The position numbers and the translations under genes are program-made. A model generated the notes under the pieces. The model had not been told where the DNA came from and did no database searches. It saw only the letters and a list, made by a program, of their open reading frames with translations. A DNA stretch of 62,886 nt, filler included, from Octopus bimaculoides (lineage: Eukaryota), in the NCBI RefSeq assembly GCF_001194135.2. It is 3 parts of 3 records of this genome, joined end to end, with 100 filler letters (N's around TTAATTAATTAA, not from the genome) between each part and the next. Parts side by side here need not be neighbours in the genome. Positions count along the whole stretch, not along the records: positions 27,607 to 48,746 come from NC_068992.1; positions 48,847 to 62,886 come from NC_068984.1; 1 more part is not named here. One strand, 5' to 3'. Positions 38,746 to 51,333 of the stretch are shown here, piece after piece (position 1 is the stretch's first letter; each line of letters begins with the position of its first letter).

Positions 38746-41054
38746 NNNNNNNNNNNNNNNNNNNNNNNNNNNNNNNNNNNNNNNNNNNNNNNNNNNNNNN
38801 NNNNNNNNNNNNNNNNNNNNNNNNNNNNNNNNNNNNNNNNNNNNNNNNNNNNNNNNNNNNNNNNNNNNNNNNNNNNNNNNNNNNNNNNNNNNNNNNNNNN
38901 NNNNNNNNNNNNNNNNNNNNNNNNNNNNNNNNNNNNNNNNNNNNNNNNNNNNNNNNNNNNNNNNNNNNNNNNNNNNNNNNNNNNNNNNNNNNNNNNNNNN
39001 NNNNNNNNNNNNNNNNNNNNNNNNNNNNNNNNNNNNNNNNNNNNNNNNNNNNNNNNNNNNNNNNNNNNNNNNNNNNNNNNNNNNNNNNNNNNNNNNNNNN
39101 NNNNNNNNNNNNNNNNNNNNNNNNNNNNNNNNNNNNNNNNNNNNNNNNNNNNNNNNNNNNNNNNNNNNNNNNNNNNNNNNNNNNNNNNNNNNNNNNNNNN
39201 NNNNNNNNNNNNNNNNNNNNNNNNNNNNNNNNNNNNNNNNNNNNNNNNNNNNNNNNNNNNNNNNNNNNNNNNNNNNNNNNNNNNNNNNNNNNNNNNNNNN
39301 NNNNNNNNNNNNNNNNNNNNNNNNNNNNNNNNNNNNNNNNNNNNNNNNNNNNNNNNNNNNNNNNNNNNNNNNATATATATGGTCGGGTGTACATATGTCT
39401 ATAATTATGCGTATATATATGTGTGTATACGTACATACATACATACATACATACATACATACATACATACGTACAGATATATATACATATAAGCGTATAT
39501 ATTTCAGGTGGGCGTCATAGAAAACTTCATTCTGTAGAAATGAAAAATGTCAGCTTTACTCAATATTCATGTTAACAATCCGTCAGTAATTAGCAAGTCT
39601 AAAATAAAATTATTGATCGGCAACATACGTCTTTTATACACCAAGATTATAATATACAGAAACTTGTACAGTTAAGAAAACAATAGAGTTAATAGTTAAC
39701 TTTGACTGGTTTACTGCTACCGGGGTGTCCATAGTCTATAATCTCACCAACGATATCTTTTTGCAAACACACTCACCAAGGGAGGAAACCCATCTTTCAC
39801 ACGAACCGAAAAAATAATTTTGGAGTGCACTCTGCATTGTGTACTATTTGAATGTTCTGCGAGAAATGATTTAACTGGTATCGCTTCAGACGGGAACGGA
39901 AATCAGTTTACCGTTTTGTCTTTTTAAAGGCTTATAATTTGCCTTACTTTTACTCGTCTCACTTACCCTCCAACTTTGGACTCACTTTTGAATATTTTCA
40001 ACAATAATGTCCGTTGATTTCGTCCCAAGACTTCTCTTAAATGCAATCATAGTTTCTTAGCGTAGTGATATTTGTCTCTTCTGGATTCCAAAGAGAATAG
40101 ATTTGTCAGTTATCAACACACCTAACCTTGCTTTGCAATACTCGCCTGAAAAATAACGTCTATTCTCACTCGGTAACATTCTAGGAACCTGACCTAACTC
40201 GAGTTGGGAATTTGGTTTCTAAAGCAGTGGATTCCTCCGTCAGACATTGACGTAAACAAGCCGTTCGTTGCTGATCAGAACTGTAACACTGGTTTATTTA
40301 ATGGCCTCACATCACATCACACCAATACTCTCGCATCACACCACGCACACACAACAACTGACCAACTCCTTTCTCCCTTCCCCATGTTCACACTACATAC
40401 GTCAAGATCACCAGTATCCTATCTCCCACACACACAGCCCCTCGTTCTTCGATCACCGTTTGTTATCTCCCCCTTTTCTTAGCTCTCCTGAAAAAAGAAT
40501 TTCTAACTTCCGGCCAGCCATTATTATTATGATTGACCGTTGACTGAACACTATTCAATTTTTCTCTCCCTTCCCCATTTAATGGCTATAGTGACCAGTT
40601 TTGTGTAAAATCAAGTCTCTAGCAGGCACCAAAGGATCAATTCAGAGATGGTGTTAACAATATCCTGAATACAATATCAGTTTGTGCCTGTCGTCGTCGT
40701 CGAGACATGAGCTATTCTCAGACCCCGCACTACAGATTTCCCACTCAAAATTGGAGTAACTGCGGATTATCTGAGAAATGATCCCCGCGAAGTGGCGAGT
40801 CTGTTACAATGAGTGTCGCTGGCCGATCTCCGCCGCAACGCCTTTGCAGACATGTCCACGAGGCGCAGCTATACACTATTTGTTCTGGGAGTCGACAACT
40901 CGTCACTCCCTCGCCACATCTCCTGCTGCTTGATCCCCCTTTCTCTTCTTGGTGAGGTAGTTATGAGGGTTTTTTATACTCCATAATATAATGTTATACT
41001 TTTAATACTGTTGCTTTCTTTTCTATTTTAAAAATGTTATTAATAAAATGTTGA

Positions 41055-41211
41055 CTGAGTGGCTGTGTGGTAAGTAACTTGCTTACCAACCACATGGTCC
41101 CGGGTTCAGTCCCATTGTGTGGTACCTTGGGCAAGTGTCTTCTTCTATAGTCTCGGGTCGACCAAAGCCTTGTGAGTGGATTTGGTAGACGGGAACTGAA
41201 AGAAGCCCGTC

Positions 41212-41254
<43 letters not shown>

Positions 41255-41258
41255 TATG

Positions 41259-41291
<33 letters not shown>

Positions 41292-41480
41292 TTGTGTATC
41301 CTTGTTTGTTCCCCTCCAACACTTGACAACCGATGTCGTTGTGTTTACGTCCCCGTAACTTGGCAGTTCAGCAACAAACCAACCAATAGAATAAGTACTA
41401 GGCTTACAAAGAATAAATCCTTGTTCGACTACAGGCAGTGCTCCAGCATGGCCGCAGTCAAATCACTGAAACAAATACAA
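41055..41480 (+). mobile_element. SINE family C, full length
   Basis: Head gagtggctgtgtggtaag, internal (TA)n(TG)n at 41213-41290, tail ggcagtgctccagcatggccgcagtcaaatcactgaaacaaata. Confidence 0.85.
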
Positions 41481-42614
41481 GAACGATTTGCTAGTTACTG
41501 ATTCTTATATATTATCTGCATAATTTTGGAACTGGTGTTATTTTCAAACGTTTCTCCAAAACTATTCGCACTATATTGGCATCATATATATATATATATA
41601 CCCACCCTCTCTCCTCTCTTCCTCTCTTTCTCTCCCCTCCCATACCCACCTTCCCCCTCTCTTACATCCACCTTCCCCTTCCCCCTTCATCGTCAACAGC
41701 CCCTCATAAGCTCATCCCACCACACCCCAACACACTCCTACTCTACCTTCCCACTCCACCCCATCCAATTCCTTACACCCACACCCACCNNNNNNNNNNN
41801 NNNNNNNNNNNNNNNNNNNNNNNNNNNNNNNNNNNNNNNNNNNNNNNNNNNNNNNNNNNNNNNNNNNNNNNNNNNNNNNNNNNNNNNNNNNNNNNNNNNN
41901 NNNNNNNNNNNNNNNNNNNNNNNNNNNNNNNNNNNNNNNNNNNNNNNNNNNNNNNNNNNNNNNNNNNNNNNNNNNNNNNNNNNNNNNNNNNNNNNNNNNN
42001 NNNNNNNNNNNNNNNNNNNNNNNNNNNNNNNNNNNNNNNNNNNNNNNNNNNNNNNNNNNNNNNNNNNNNNNNNNNNNNNNNNNNNNNNNNNNNNNNNNNN
42101 NNNNNNNNNNNNNNNNNNNNNNNNNNNNNNNNNNNNNNNNNNNNNNNNNNNNNNNNNNNNNNNNNNNNNNNNNNNNNNNNNNNNNNNNNNNNNNNNNNNN
42201 NNNNNNNNNNNNNNNNNNNNNNNNNNNNNNNNNNNNNNNNNNNNNNNNNNNNNNNNNNNNNNNNNNNNNNNNNNNNNNNNNNNNNNNNNNNNNNNNNNNN
42301 NNNNNNNNNNNNNNNNNNNNNNNNNNNNNNNNNNNNNNNNNNNNNNNNNNNNNNNNNNNNNNNNNNNNNNNNNNNNNNNNNNNNNNNNNNNNNNNNNNNN
42401 NNNNNNNNNNNNNNNNNNNNNNNNNNNNNNNNNNNNNNNNNNNNNNNNNNNNNNNNNNNNNNNNNNNNNNNNNNNNNNNNNNNNNNNNNNNNNNNNNNNN
42501 NNNNNNNNNNNNNNNNNNNNNNNNNNNNNNNNNNNNNNNNNNNNNNNNNNNNNNNNNNNNNNNNNNNNNNNNNNNNNNNNNNNNNNNNNNTATATATATA
42601 TATATATATATATG

Positions 42615-42808
42615 GATGGCGGGGAGAGCTGGCAGAATCGCTAGCATCATTTTGTCCGTCTTTACGCTCTCAGTGCGAATGCAGCCAAGGTAGACTTTGC
42701 CTTTCATCCTTTCGGAGTCGAAAAGTAAGTTCCACTCAAGCACTGGGGTCGATGTAATCGGCTCATCCCCTCACCCGCACTTGTTGGCCTTGTACCAAAA
42801 TTTTAAAT
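42615..42808 (+). mobile_element. SINE family D
   Basis: ggcgggagagctggcagaatcg...gcctttcatcctttcggagtcg...ggccttgtaccaaaatttt. Confidence 0.8.
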
Positions 42809-43079
42809 CCATATACACACACACACACACACACACACATATATGTGTGTGTGTGTGTGTGTGTGTTTATGTGTTTATGTACGCGCGTATATATATATAT
42901 AATCACGCACGCATATATACATTAACATAATATATGGAATAATGTATATAAGTTAGATAGATCGATACATACATTTGCCTCTGGCTATTCATATATTCAA
43001 ACCGTAGTACAGATATATTTTGCCAACACCACGACCATGTCACCCCATCTCGTATATGCATATATAAATATGTATGTAT

Positions 43080-43153
<74 letters not shown>

Positions 43154-43519
43154 GCTTGTGTGTATCAATATATGTATTTAAAACACCAAAAATTAATTTC
43201 GTGCTACAACGCTTGGTAGTCTGTTGTATTCATTTCACAAAATTGTTCTATTGACGTTCCAATGACCCCCGCCTAGCACCAAACCAGTCGGGGGTTAACT
43301 ATCAACTCCATTGTTTTACACACTATACAATTTTCCCTATATTATGATCTAGCTATATGAAAGATGTATGATGCCAATCAATAAATTAATTTTAGACTTG
43401 TTAATTACTCGCAGACTGTTAACACGAATATCGTGAAGAGCTGGCATTTTCCTAGATTCACTTTTAAGTTTATTCATCGCACCCAACCTTAAACATACAT
43501 ACATACATACATACATACA

Positions 43520-43770
43520 TACATAGTGATTAGGCCATTGCACTCACGATCGCTAGATCGCGGGTTCGATTTCCAAACCGGGCGGCGCGATTTATTTTTG
43601 AGCCAAACACTTCATTTTACGTTGCTCCAGTCCTTCTTTTCGATCAGAGGGTGGGGGAATGTTGGCCTGATCCCCTAGCCAATGGCGCGGGATCATTCAA
43701 AGGCTACAACGACGCAAAGTGCGTTGTGACCAGTGATGCGTAGCGACATTTAATAGCCTGGTTACATATT
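43520..43770 (+). mobile_element. tRNA-derived SINE, distinct tail (family H)
   Basis: B-box GGTTCGATTTCC, GAGCCAAACACTTCATTTTACGTTGCTCCAGT body (as in family A), and a different 3' part. Confidence 0.6.
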
Positions 43771-44370
43771 AGAAAAGCGTCTTCATGTCAAAGGAAGTTA
43801 TTCTCGTATGATATACACTACAGCGACCAGCATATCTTGATTTGGACGTGTCAATTCGTGTTAAGAACAAATATGCGAATAATCGTTCCATATCTCGCTT
43901 TTCATGGTACAAATAACGAGTTTTTATCGGTTGGCAGATATAAACAGCGATCAGTAGACTTTGTTCGCGGAAAGTATAAACAAAGCCGGCGGTTTTATTT
44001 AGGCTCAGAGTTCCGGCTGTTTCTGGCAGACAAAATACAACAAGACGTTCCGACTTCCCAAAATATCTTGTACCGATGAGCTGAGTAAAAGATTATTCTC
44101 CTAATACGCATACAACAGTAACCAGCGTGTTTTGCTTCTGAAGCATCCTAGGTTGCAGAGAATAAATATTCTTACGTGTGTGTATGTGTGTGTGTGTGTG
44201 TGTGTGTAAAACCATGTAGAAAAATGGCACTTAAAAGCCTTAAAAGAATCAATAAAAATTAACTTTCAGACAATCTTCCCATTAATAATCGCAGTAATTA
44301 GTAAGTCCAAAATTAATTTAGTGATGGGCATCATAAATCTATCACATACCAAGATCACAATACCTAGAAA

Positions 44371-44760
44371 CTCGTCTCGTCTCGTCTCGTCTCGTCTCGT
44401 CTCGTCTCGTCACATACACCTGCTCAGTAGGGGTGGCATCATCTTGCATAGAGCCGACCAAGCCCACCAGTGCTCTCCATCGCTGGCTGCTCCCGTGCCA
44501 GCCCCTCTGCATCCTTCAAGATGACGTCGACCCTCTGGAGGGCTTCCTTAGTCACATCCAGCCATCTGGCGCGGGTCCTGTCACAGGCCCTCTCCCTACC
44601 CACAGCAGCTGCATCAAACGAGAGTAAGGCTCTGGTATGATAATATGGCGGGAGGCGGAGGATATGTCCAGACCAGCGCATGCAGTGGATAGATATGGGG
44701 CTGGAAGCTGCAGGCTGATGCGTGCACTCACGCGTGCAGCTCTTCGTTGGAAACATGATT
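44371..44760 (-). mobile_element. RTE LINE 3' end with (GACGA)n tail
   Basis: Minus frames HVSNEELH and MRWSGHILRLPPYYHTRALL...RARWLDV; (TCGTC)n at 44371-44410 is the tail. Confidence 0.85.
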
Positions 44761-44974
44761 GACCAACTCGATCGACCAGTCCAGGGAGCCACTGACCATG
44801 TACCGAGAGGAATTAGCAAAGCTTGACCTTCAAGTGATGTCTGCAATGCTAACATGCTTTCTCTCTCTCTCTCTCACTCTCTCTCTCTTTCTTTCTCTCT
44901 CTCTCCCTTCGTCTCTCTCCCTCTACGTTTCTCTCTCCTTCCTGCTCTCGCTTTCACACACATATACACAAGCT

Positions 44975-45350
44975 GATTAATGTCGGTGATGGCCCAGACC
45001 TTCCCACACTCCATATTGACCCCGACGTCATAGAATTTGTCCGCTCCTTCATCTATCTGGGCTCCACAGTCACCAACAATGGAGAATTGACCCCGTAAAT
45101 TAACTACAGATGTGGCCTGGCTGCTGGGGGTCATGTATTCCCTGTGGAAGCCCTTTTGGCACCACTGCTATATCTCCAGAAAGACAAAGCCTCGCATCTA
45201 CAACGCATCGGTCCTTTTCGTTCTTTGCTATGGAAGAGAATCGTGGTCTCTGACGAAAAACCTGGCAAACAGAACCGACGGCTTCGACAGCAGAGCCCTA
45301 AGGAGCAATCAACAACATCAGATGATACCATCATGTTTCCAACGAAGAAA
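44975..45350 (+). mobile_element. RTE LINE RT fragment, inverted relative to 44371-44760
   Basis: SFIYLGSTVTNNG, SRKTKPRIYNASVLFVLCYGRESW, DGFDSRALR, HHVSNEE. Confidence 0.85.
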
Positions 45351-45789
45351 CTCATATATTCAGTTAATCAATAGATCAGATAGCTGACCTTGACAGATTT
45401 CGTGTTAGACAGGGTCATTATATGCCATCATTTCGACGTCAAAAGAATAATTTTGTAAAATGAATAGTGCAGACGATCGTATTTTTCAGCAACAAATTAC
45501 TAAGTGATGTCTGCAATGCTAACATTCTTTCTCTCTCCCTCTCTTTCTCTATCTCTCTCTCTATCTCTCTATATATATCTCTCTCTCTCACTCTCTCTCT
45601 CCGTCTCTCTCTCCCTTCCCGCTCTCTCACACACGCATACACAAACAGATCGATCGACAGATAGATAGATAGATGAATGGATAGATGGATAGATAGAGAG
45701 AGGGAGAGCGGGAGAGAGAGAGAGCGGGAGAGAGAGAGAGAGAGATGGATGGGTGGATGGATGGACAGAATTTTATATATATCTTTTAT

Positions 45790-46275
45790 TTTCTATCATT
45801 TACTTGTTTCAGTCATTGGACTACGGCCATGCTGGGGCACCACTTTGAAGGGACTTAGTCGAAAAAAATCGCCCCCACGACTTACTTTTTAAAGCCTAGT
45901 ATTTATTCCGGTGTACTCTTTTGCTGAATTGCCAAGTTATAGGGACATAAACACACCAAAACCGGTGGTCAAGCGGTGGTGGGGGACAAACAAAAGACAC
46001 CCCACACACACATATACATATATATATATATATATACAACGGGATTCTTTTCAGTTTCCGTATACCAAATCCACTCACAAGGCACAACCATTACGGGGCC
46101 GGACAAAATGTTCAGCAACCTTTCTTCCCACTTTATGTTCTGAGTTTAAATACTGCCTGTGTCGACTTTGCGTTTCATTATTTTGGGTTCGATAAAATAA
46201 GTACCATTTAAGCAGTGGAGTTGAAATCATCAACTTACTCCCTCCCCCGAGATTGCTCGCCAAGTTTGAAACCAA
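45790..46275 (-). mobile_element. Adjacent 5'-truncated family C (45790-46085) and family D (46090-46275) SINEs
   Basis: Reverse complements of the C tail and body and of the D core GCAAAGTCGAC...CGATAAAATAAGTACC region. Confidence 0.75.
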
Positions 46276-47921
46276 TATTGAAACGAAATAAGATGTGACT
46301 GAAAAAACACATCAATTGAAGCTCCACCGTTATTTACTCTCGCTCTCTCTCTCTCCTCCTCCATTTCTTTCTCCCCCATCCCCTTTCTCTCACTCTTTCT
46401 CTCAATGCCTGTCCCCCCATCTCCACCCACCAAAACCACAGTCATTTTCCATTTCATTCCGTCTCTCTCTTCATGTACCATATCTACAGGTGTCGGGGAT
46501 CAAAGACCGTCAAATCAAAGTCTGAAGTTTCGAGTTTTTTGGGTGGAGAGGTATTTTTCTTTTTCTCGGAAAAATACAATTTTCGTTTGGCTTCTACATA
46601 TTTATTTATTTTATTCTGTTAGTTTTGGGCTCTTCTGAACTTACCCTTGAAGCTCAAGACCTTTTTCACATTTGGGCGGAGGGACTGGTTCGCAAATCAT
46701 CAGGGCATATACAAACGCTTGTGTGAACCTATAGTATGCATCTATAGGACAACATTCCTGTAAGTTCTGATAGACTTAGTGAATGGACTATTTATTTGCT
46801 ATTTCACTCAAAACTGGAGCCTTTGACAATAAAATTCACCCCAAGTCAAGACGAAGAATGGAAAATTCGTGACTAAGGGATAACTCCATATTCCTCCAAA
46901 CATTTATATTTACAGTCTTAGAGTTATCAGTTCGTAAGAACATGGTCAATTGACTAAGAATAAAAAACTTAAAGTGTGAAGAACGAATGTTTCATCAAAA
47001 GTGAACTTATGGACAAAAAAATATATTTTGTCGGACTCGTTTTTCATTAAGCATACATATACACATATACACATACGTATATATACTTACAAACATGCAA
47101 ACATGCTTATGCATACATACAAAGAGACAGACTAGACGGATAGAGCCAGAATACGTATATACATGCAGACAGGACGGACAAACAGATAAATAGACGGACA
47201 GACGTACAGAAGAATATTACCGGAGATCGGTTCCGGTCGAAGAGGCAAATGGTTGAAGGAATACCATTCGCGTTTTACTGCTTTCTGAAACTACATTATC
47301 AAGTATATCCATCACTTTCTTAAACAGCATATCATGTTGTAACACACTATTTCTATCAGATATTTCCGACAATGTAGAGTTACCCTCCGCATCAGTACGT
47401 CATTGAGCAAGTTGGGAAAGTCGGAATAATATCTCATATTTAATAGTTGTAGCAATTATATAATTCATAAATGAACGCACATATGAAAATACTCTGGCAT
47501 TCTATTCACAATGGAATGCATCTCTCATACAATAGAAGCTTATATGTTTATTGATTTCCCTGGTTCACGAAACGATTACTTTTATGTTAACTGTGTTATC
47601 TATTTTAATTTATATATTTAACTTTAGAACTCTGTAAAAAGAAATTTCGTTTTATGTACATTAATGCCAATAAAGATGATGTTATTTTGTACATTAGAAC
47701 TTTAGAGATACCCATAAAAATTTTAAAAAAATATTCTCTTTCATAAATTACAAGTTTATGGACCTGCAGATGACAATAAAACGTGTTCTGTTGTTTAGAT
47801 ATTTGAAGAGTTAATGAATTGCTAATTAAGTTAAAATTCATCAAAGTATTAAGTATATCATGTTGATTGTTTCGTTTTTGTTTCTTTTGATTTTGTTTTC
47901 ATTTGAAATTGAGAATTTCGT

Positions 47922-47970
<49 letters not shown>

Positions 47971-47974
47971 ACAT

Positions 47975-48018
<44 letters not shown>

Positions 48019-48746
48019 GACACAAAGAGAAGAATGACAAATAATACATTTTAAATAATGTATAATTCGAAAACTAAAATTTTGTAATAATACCAACAGA
48101 GGTTGACTCCAGACAAATATAACATTCTGGAAGTTTGTTTTATTATCTCTTTAAATTTAATTTACTCAATCCCACAAGAACAAAAACAAATGAATAGGAG
48201 TACAGACATTAACTCACAAAAACACGTTCATAAACTCAAAGACAGGCACTTCAATATGACTACAATGAAATTCATACACAACATAATGGATAGACGAAAA
48301 TACACAAACAGGCAACGAAGCTCATATACATAGACACACACACACAGGTACATGCACACAAAAGTTCACATTCATAGACAGATATAAACCTAGGCAGACA
48401 TGCTCAATCATATGTGCGTGAGTGTGTGTGTATACATAATTTTCACATTACCATTTTGCTGAATCAGCCGTTGATTCTTATGGTAAATTCTATAAATACT
48501 GACGAGTGGAATTCAGCTTCACTACCAACAATGGAATAGCATATCGATGAGCATTAATTTCATGCGAACTTGGCGTGCCAATCTGCTGCCCTCGCATCCT
48601 GTGGGGAGGTTGTCTCCATAGTTGGTGCATAACAGCTGTGCTTGTTCGTGGCTAAAGAGTTTTTGACTCTTATTTGACTCAATACTGGTGCTGCGCTTTG
48701 GTTTTAAATTGTATGTAGTCACCTGAATCATTATATATATATATAT

Positions 48747-48846
48747 NNNNNNNNNNNNNNNNNNNNNNNNNNNNNNNNNNNNNNNNNNNNTTAATTAATT
48801 AANNNNNNNNNNNNNNNNNNNNNNNNNNNNNNNNNNNNNNNNNNNN
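48747..48846. other. Artificial 100-bp assembly spacer
   Basis: 44 N + TTAATTAATTAA + 44 N; it truncates the gypsy integrase. Confidence 0.95.
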
Positions 48847-51333
48847 GAAACGAAAGCTCGTGCAACAGTCTCAGAAGTAATATCTGCTATAGGAATGGCT
48901 TCTGGAAAGCGGGAGAAACGATCAACACAGGTTAAGAGATATGAGAACCCGCGACTCACAGGCCATGGTCCAACCAAATCAAGGTGAACATGGCGAAAAC
49001 GGGCCTCTGGAGAAGGAAATTGTCCGAGTGGGGCACGAACGTGCCTATGGACTTTCGCACTCTGGCACTTCATGCAAGAGCGTGCCCAAGTGGTAATTGA
49101 TCGCCGCATGTTGGACCAGAAAAACCGAGCAGTGACAAGTTTTACTGTTGCAGAGATGCCCGGATGTGACAAGGAATGAAGGGCATCAAAAACAGAACGT
49201 TGATGGTTCTCAAGTACTATATGCCTAGGAGAACCGGTGGATGTGTCACACAATATAGAGCCTTCTGACGAAGGGAGTGGAAGATAGGCAAATTTACAAT
49301 TGTTGAATTTTGGCGAAGTTAAATCTAACGTCGACAAAAGAGGTTGGTCCTGCGAAATAGCAAGTAAATCAATTGTTGCAGGAGAGGAAATAGAACTGAC
49401 AGGGAGTCTCGAGAGAGCATCAGCAGGGATGTTCTGCTTCCCTGGCACATGACAAATGTCACCTGTAAACTGTGAAATATAGTCCAGATGACGGAAAGCA
49501 CGAGGAGAGAGTTTGTCTGTTTTAGAAGACAGAGCAAAAGTAAGGGGCTTGTGATCAGTATAAATCACAAACTCCCGTCCTGAAAATGCCGAACCGACAT
49601 AGATCGCTAATAACTCACGATCAAAAGTACTATACCTGCGTTCGGCAGGCTGCAATTGGCAAGAAAAGAAAGCCAAAGGTTGCGTTTGGTTATCTACGGT
49701 GTGCTGCAAAACAGCACCAACCGCAGAATCTGAAGCATCTACAGATAAAGAGAGCGGAGCATCAGGAGCCGGATGAGCAAGAACAGGGACGGTGGATAAT
49801 TCCTGTTTGACGGACTCAAAAGTAGACAACGCCTCTGCAGAAAGAGTTAGTTGAGCATCCTTCTTAGTTTGGCCTTGTAGTAACCTTGTTAAAGGAAGTA
49901 ACTTGTCTGCACACCGGTCTATAAATCTTCTGTAGAAGTTGACCATGCCTAAAAAATGGCGAAGTTGTCGCAAAGAAGTTGGAGGGGCGATGCGTTGAAT
50001 GGCATCGACTTTAGCAGGTAGAGGTTTGATCCCATTAGAATCAATATAGTGTCCCAGAAATTCCATGGAGGACTGCCCGAAAACACACTTATCGGGGTTT
50101 ATCTTCACATTATATGCGCGGAGTCGCTGAAAAAGTTGACAAATGGTGGAGATGATTCTCTTTTGTATCACTAGCGATGAGTATGTCATCGACATAGGCG
50201 AATACAAAATCAAGTCCACGNNNNNNNNNNNNNNNNNNNNNNNNNNNNNNNNNNNNNNNNNNNNNNNNNNNNNNNNNNNNNNNNNNNNNNNNNNNNNNNN
50301 NNNNNNNNNNNNNNNNNNNNNNNNNNNNNNNNNNNNNNNNNNNNNNNNNNNNNNNNNNNNNNNNNNNNNNNNNNNNNNNNNNNNNNNNNNNNNNNNNNNN
50401 NNNNNNNNNNNNNNNNNNNNNNNNNNNNNNNNNNNNNNNNNNNNNNNNNNNNNNNNNNNNNNNNNNNNNNNNNNNNNNNNNNNNNNNNNNNNNNNNNNNN
50501 NNNNNNNNNNNNNNNNNNNNNNNNNNNNNNNNNNNNNNNNNNNNNNNNNNNNNNNNNNNNNNNNNNNNNNNNNNNNNNNNNNNNNNNNNNNNNNNNNNNN
50601 NNNNNNNNNNNNNNNNNNNNNNNNNNNNNNNNNNNNNNNNNNNNNNNNNNNNNNNNNNNNNNNNNNNNNNNNNNNNNNNNNNNNNNNNNNNNNNNNNNNN
50701 NNNNNNNNNNNNNNNNNNNNNNNNNNNNNNNNNNNNNNNNNNNNNNNNNNNNNNNNNNNNNNNNNNNNNNNNNNNNNNNNNNNNNNNNNNNNNNNATATA
50801 ATGGAGAAGGGAATGAGCGGGCTTCGCCGGCTTGAAAGTGATGTCCACCAGCTCCGGAAAGGAAACTAGAAGAGAATGAAAAGACATCCCCAGCAGTGGC
50901 AATAAAAAATTCTGAGCTAAGAGGGGAGTTGGTAGAGCTCTTTGCCGATGTAAAGAGGGATGTCGAATCGTCGACAAGCCTCCGACGCCGAACATCTACC
51001 AACAAGTTAAAATGATTTAAAAAGTCCGCACCCAAAATAGGATGTGGAATGTCAGCTATGACAAAAATCCATTGAAAATCTCTACGAAGACCAATGTCTA
51101 GCCGTAGAGAAAGCTGACCAAATGTATCTATCGGGGAGTAACCAACGGCGTGCAACACTATAGGCGAACGCTTAGGTTTATCAGTACAAAAGCGAAGAGG
51201 CCAAATACTACAACAAGACCCGATGTCAACCATGAAGTACTTCTTCGACACCTGGTCCCGGACAAATATTGCACGATTAAAGGTAGGTGCAGAGGAAGAA
51301 ATAGACGTGCTCAATTTCCTCCTTTGAAGTTTT
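48847..51333 (-). pseudogene. pol: pol (protease, RT, RNase H, integrase), frameshifted and gapped
   Basis: PR: FMVDIGSCCS...PILGADFL. RT: FAYVDDILI (YVDD at 50185-50196). RNase H: DASDSAVGAVL, AERRYSTFDRELLAI, YTDHKPL. IN: HSLSHPG...CMKC and HVHLDLVGP..DRFSR. Frameshifts at 50879-50882 (A4 run) and ~50140, a short in-frame deletion in RNase H, and an N gap at 50221-50796. Confidence 0.9.

Noticed and set aside
40560-40985. CpG-rich segment resembling a LINE 5' end, with hairpin GGGAGT...ACTCCC; considered as an HDV-like ribozyme
   Set aside because: I could not build P1, P2 and P3 with a proper L3 and catalytic C on either strand; an Infernal search would be needed.
47222-47405. 60-codon stop-free stretch on the minus strand (RTDAEGNSTL...)
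   Set aside because: No good acceptor, and its possible donor phase is incompatible with the 46645-46757 candidate exon.
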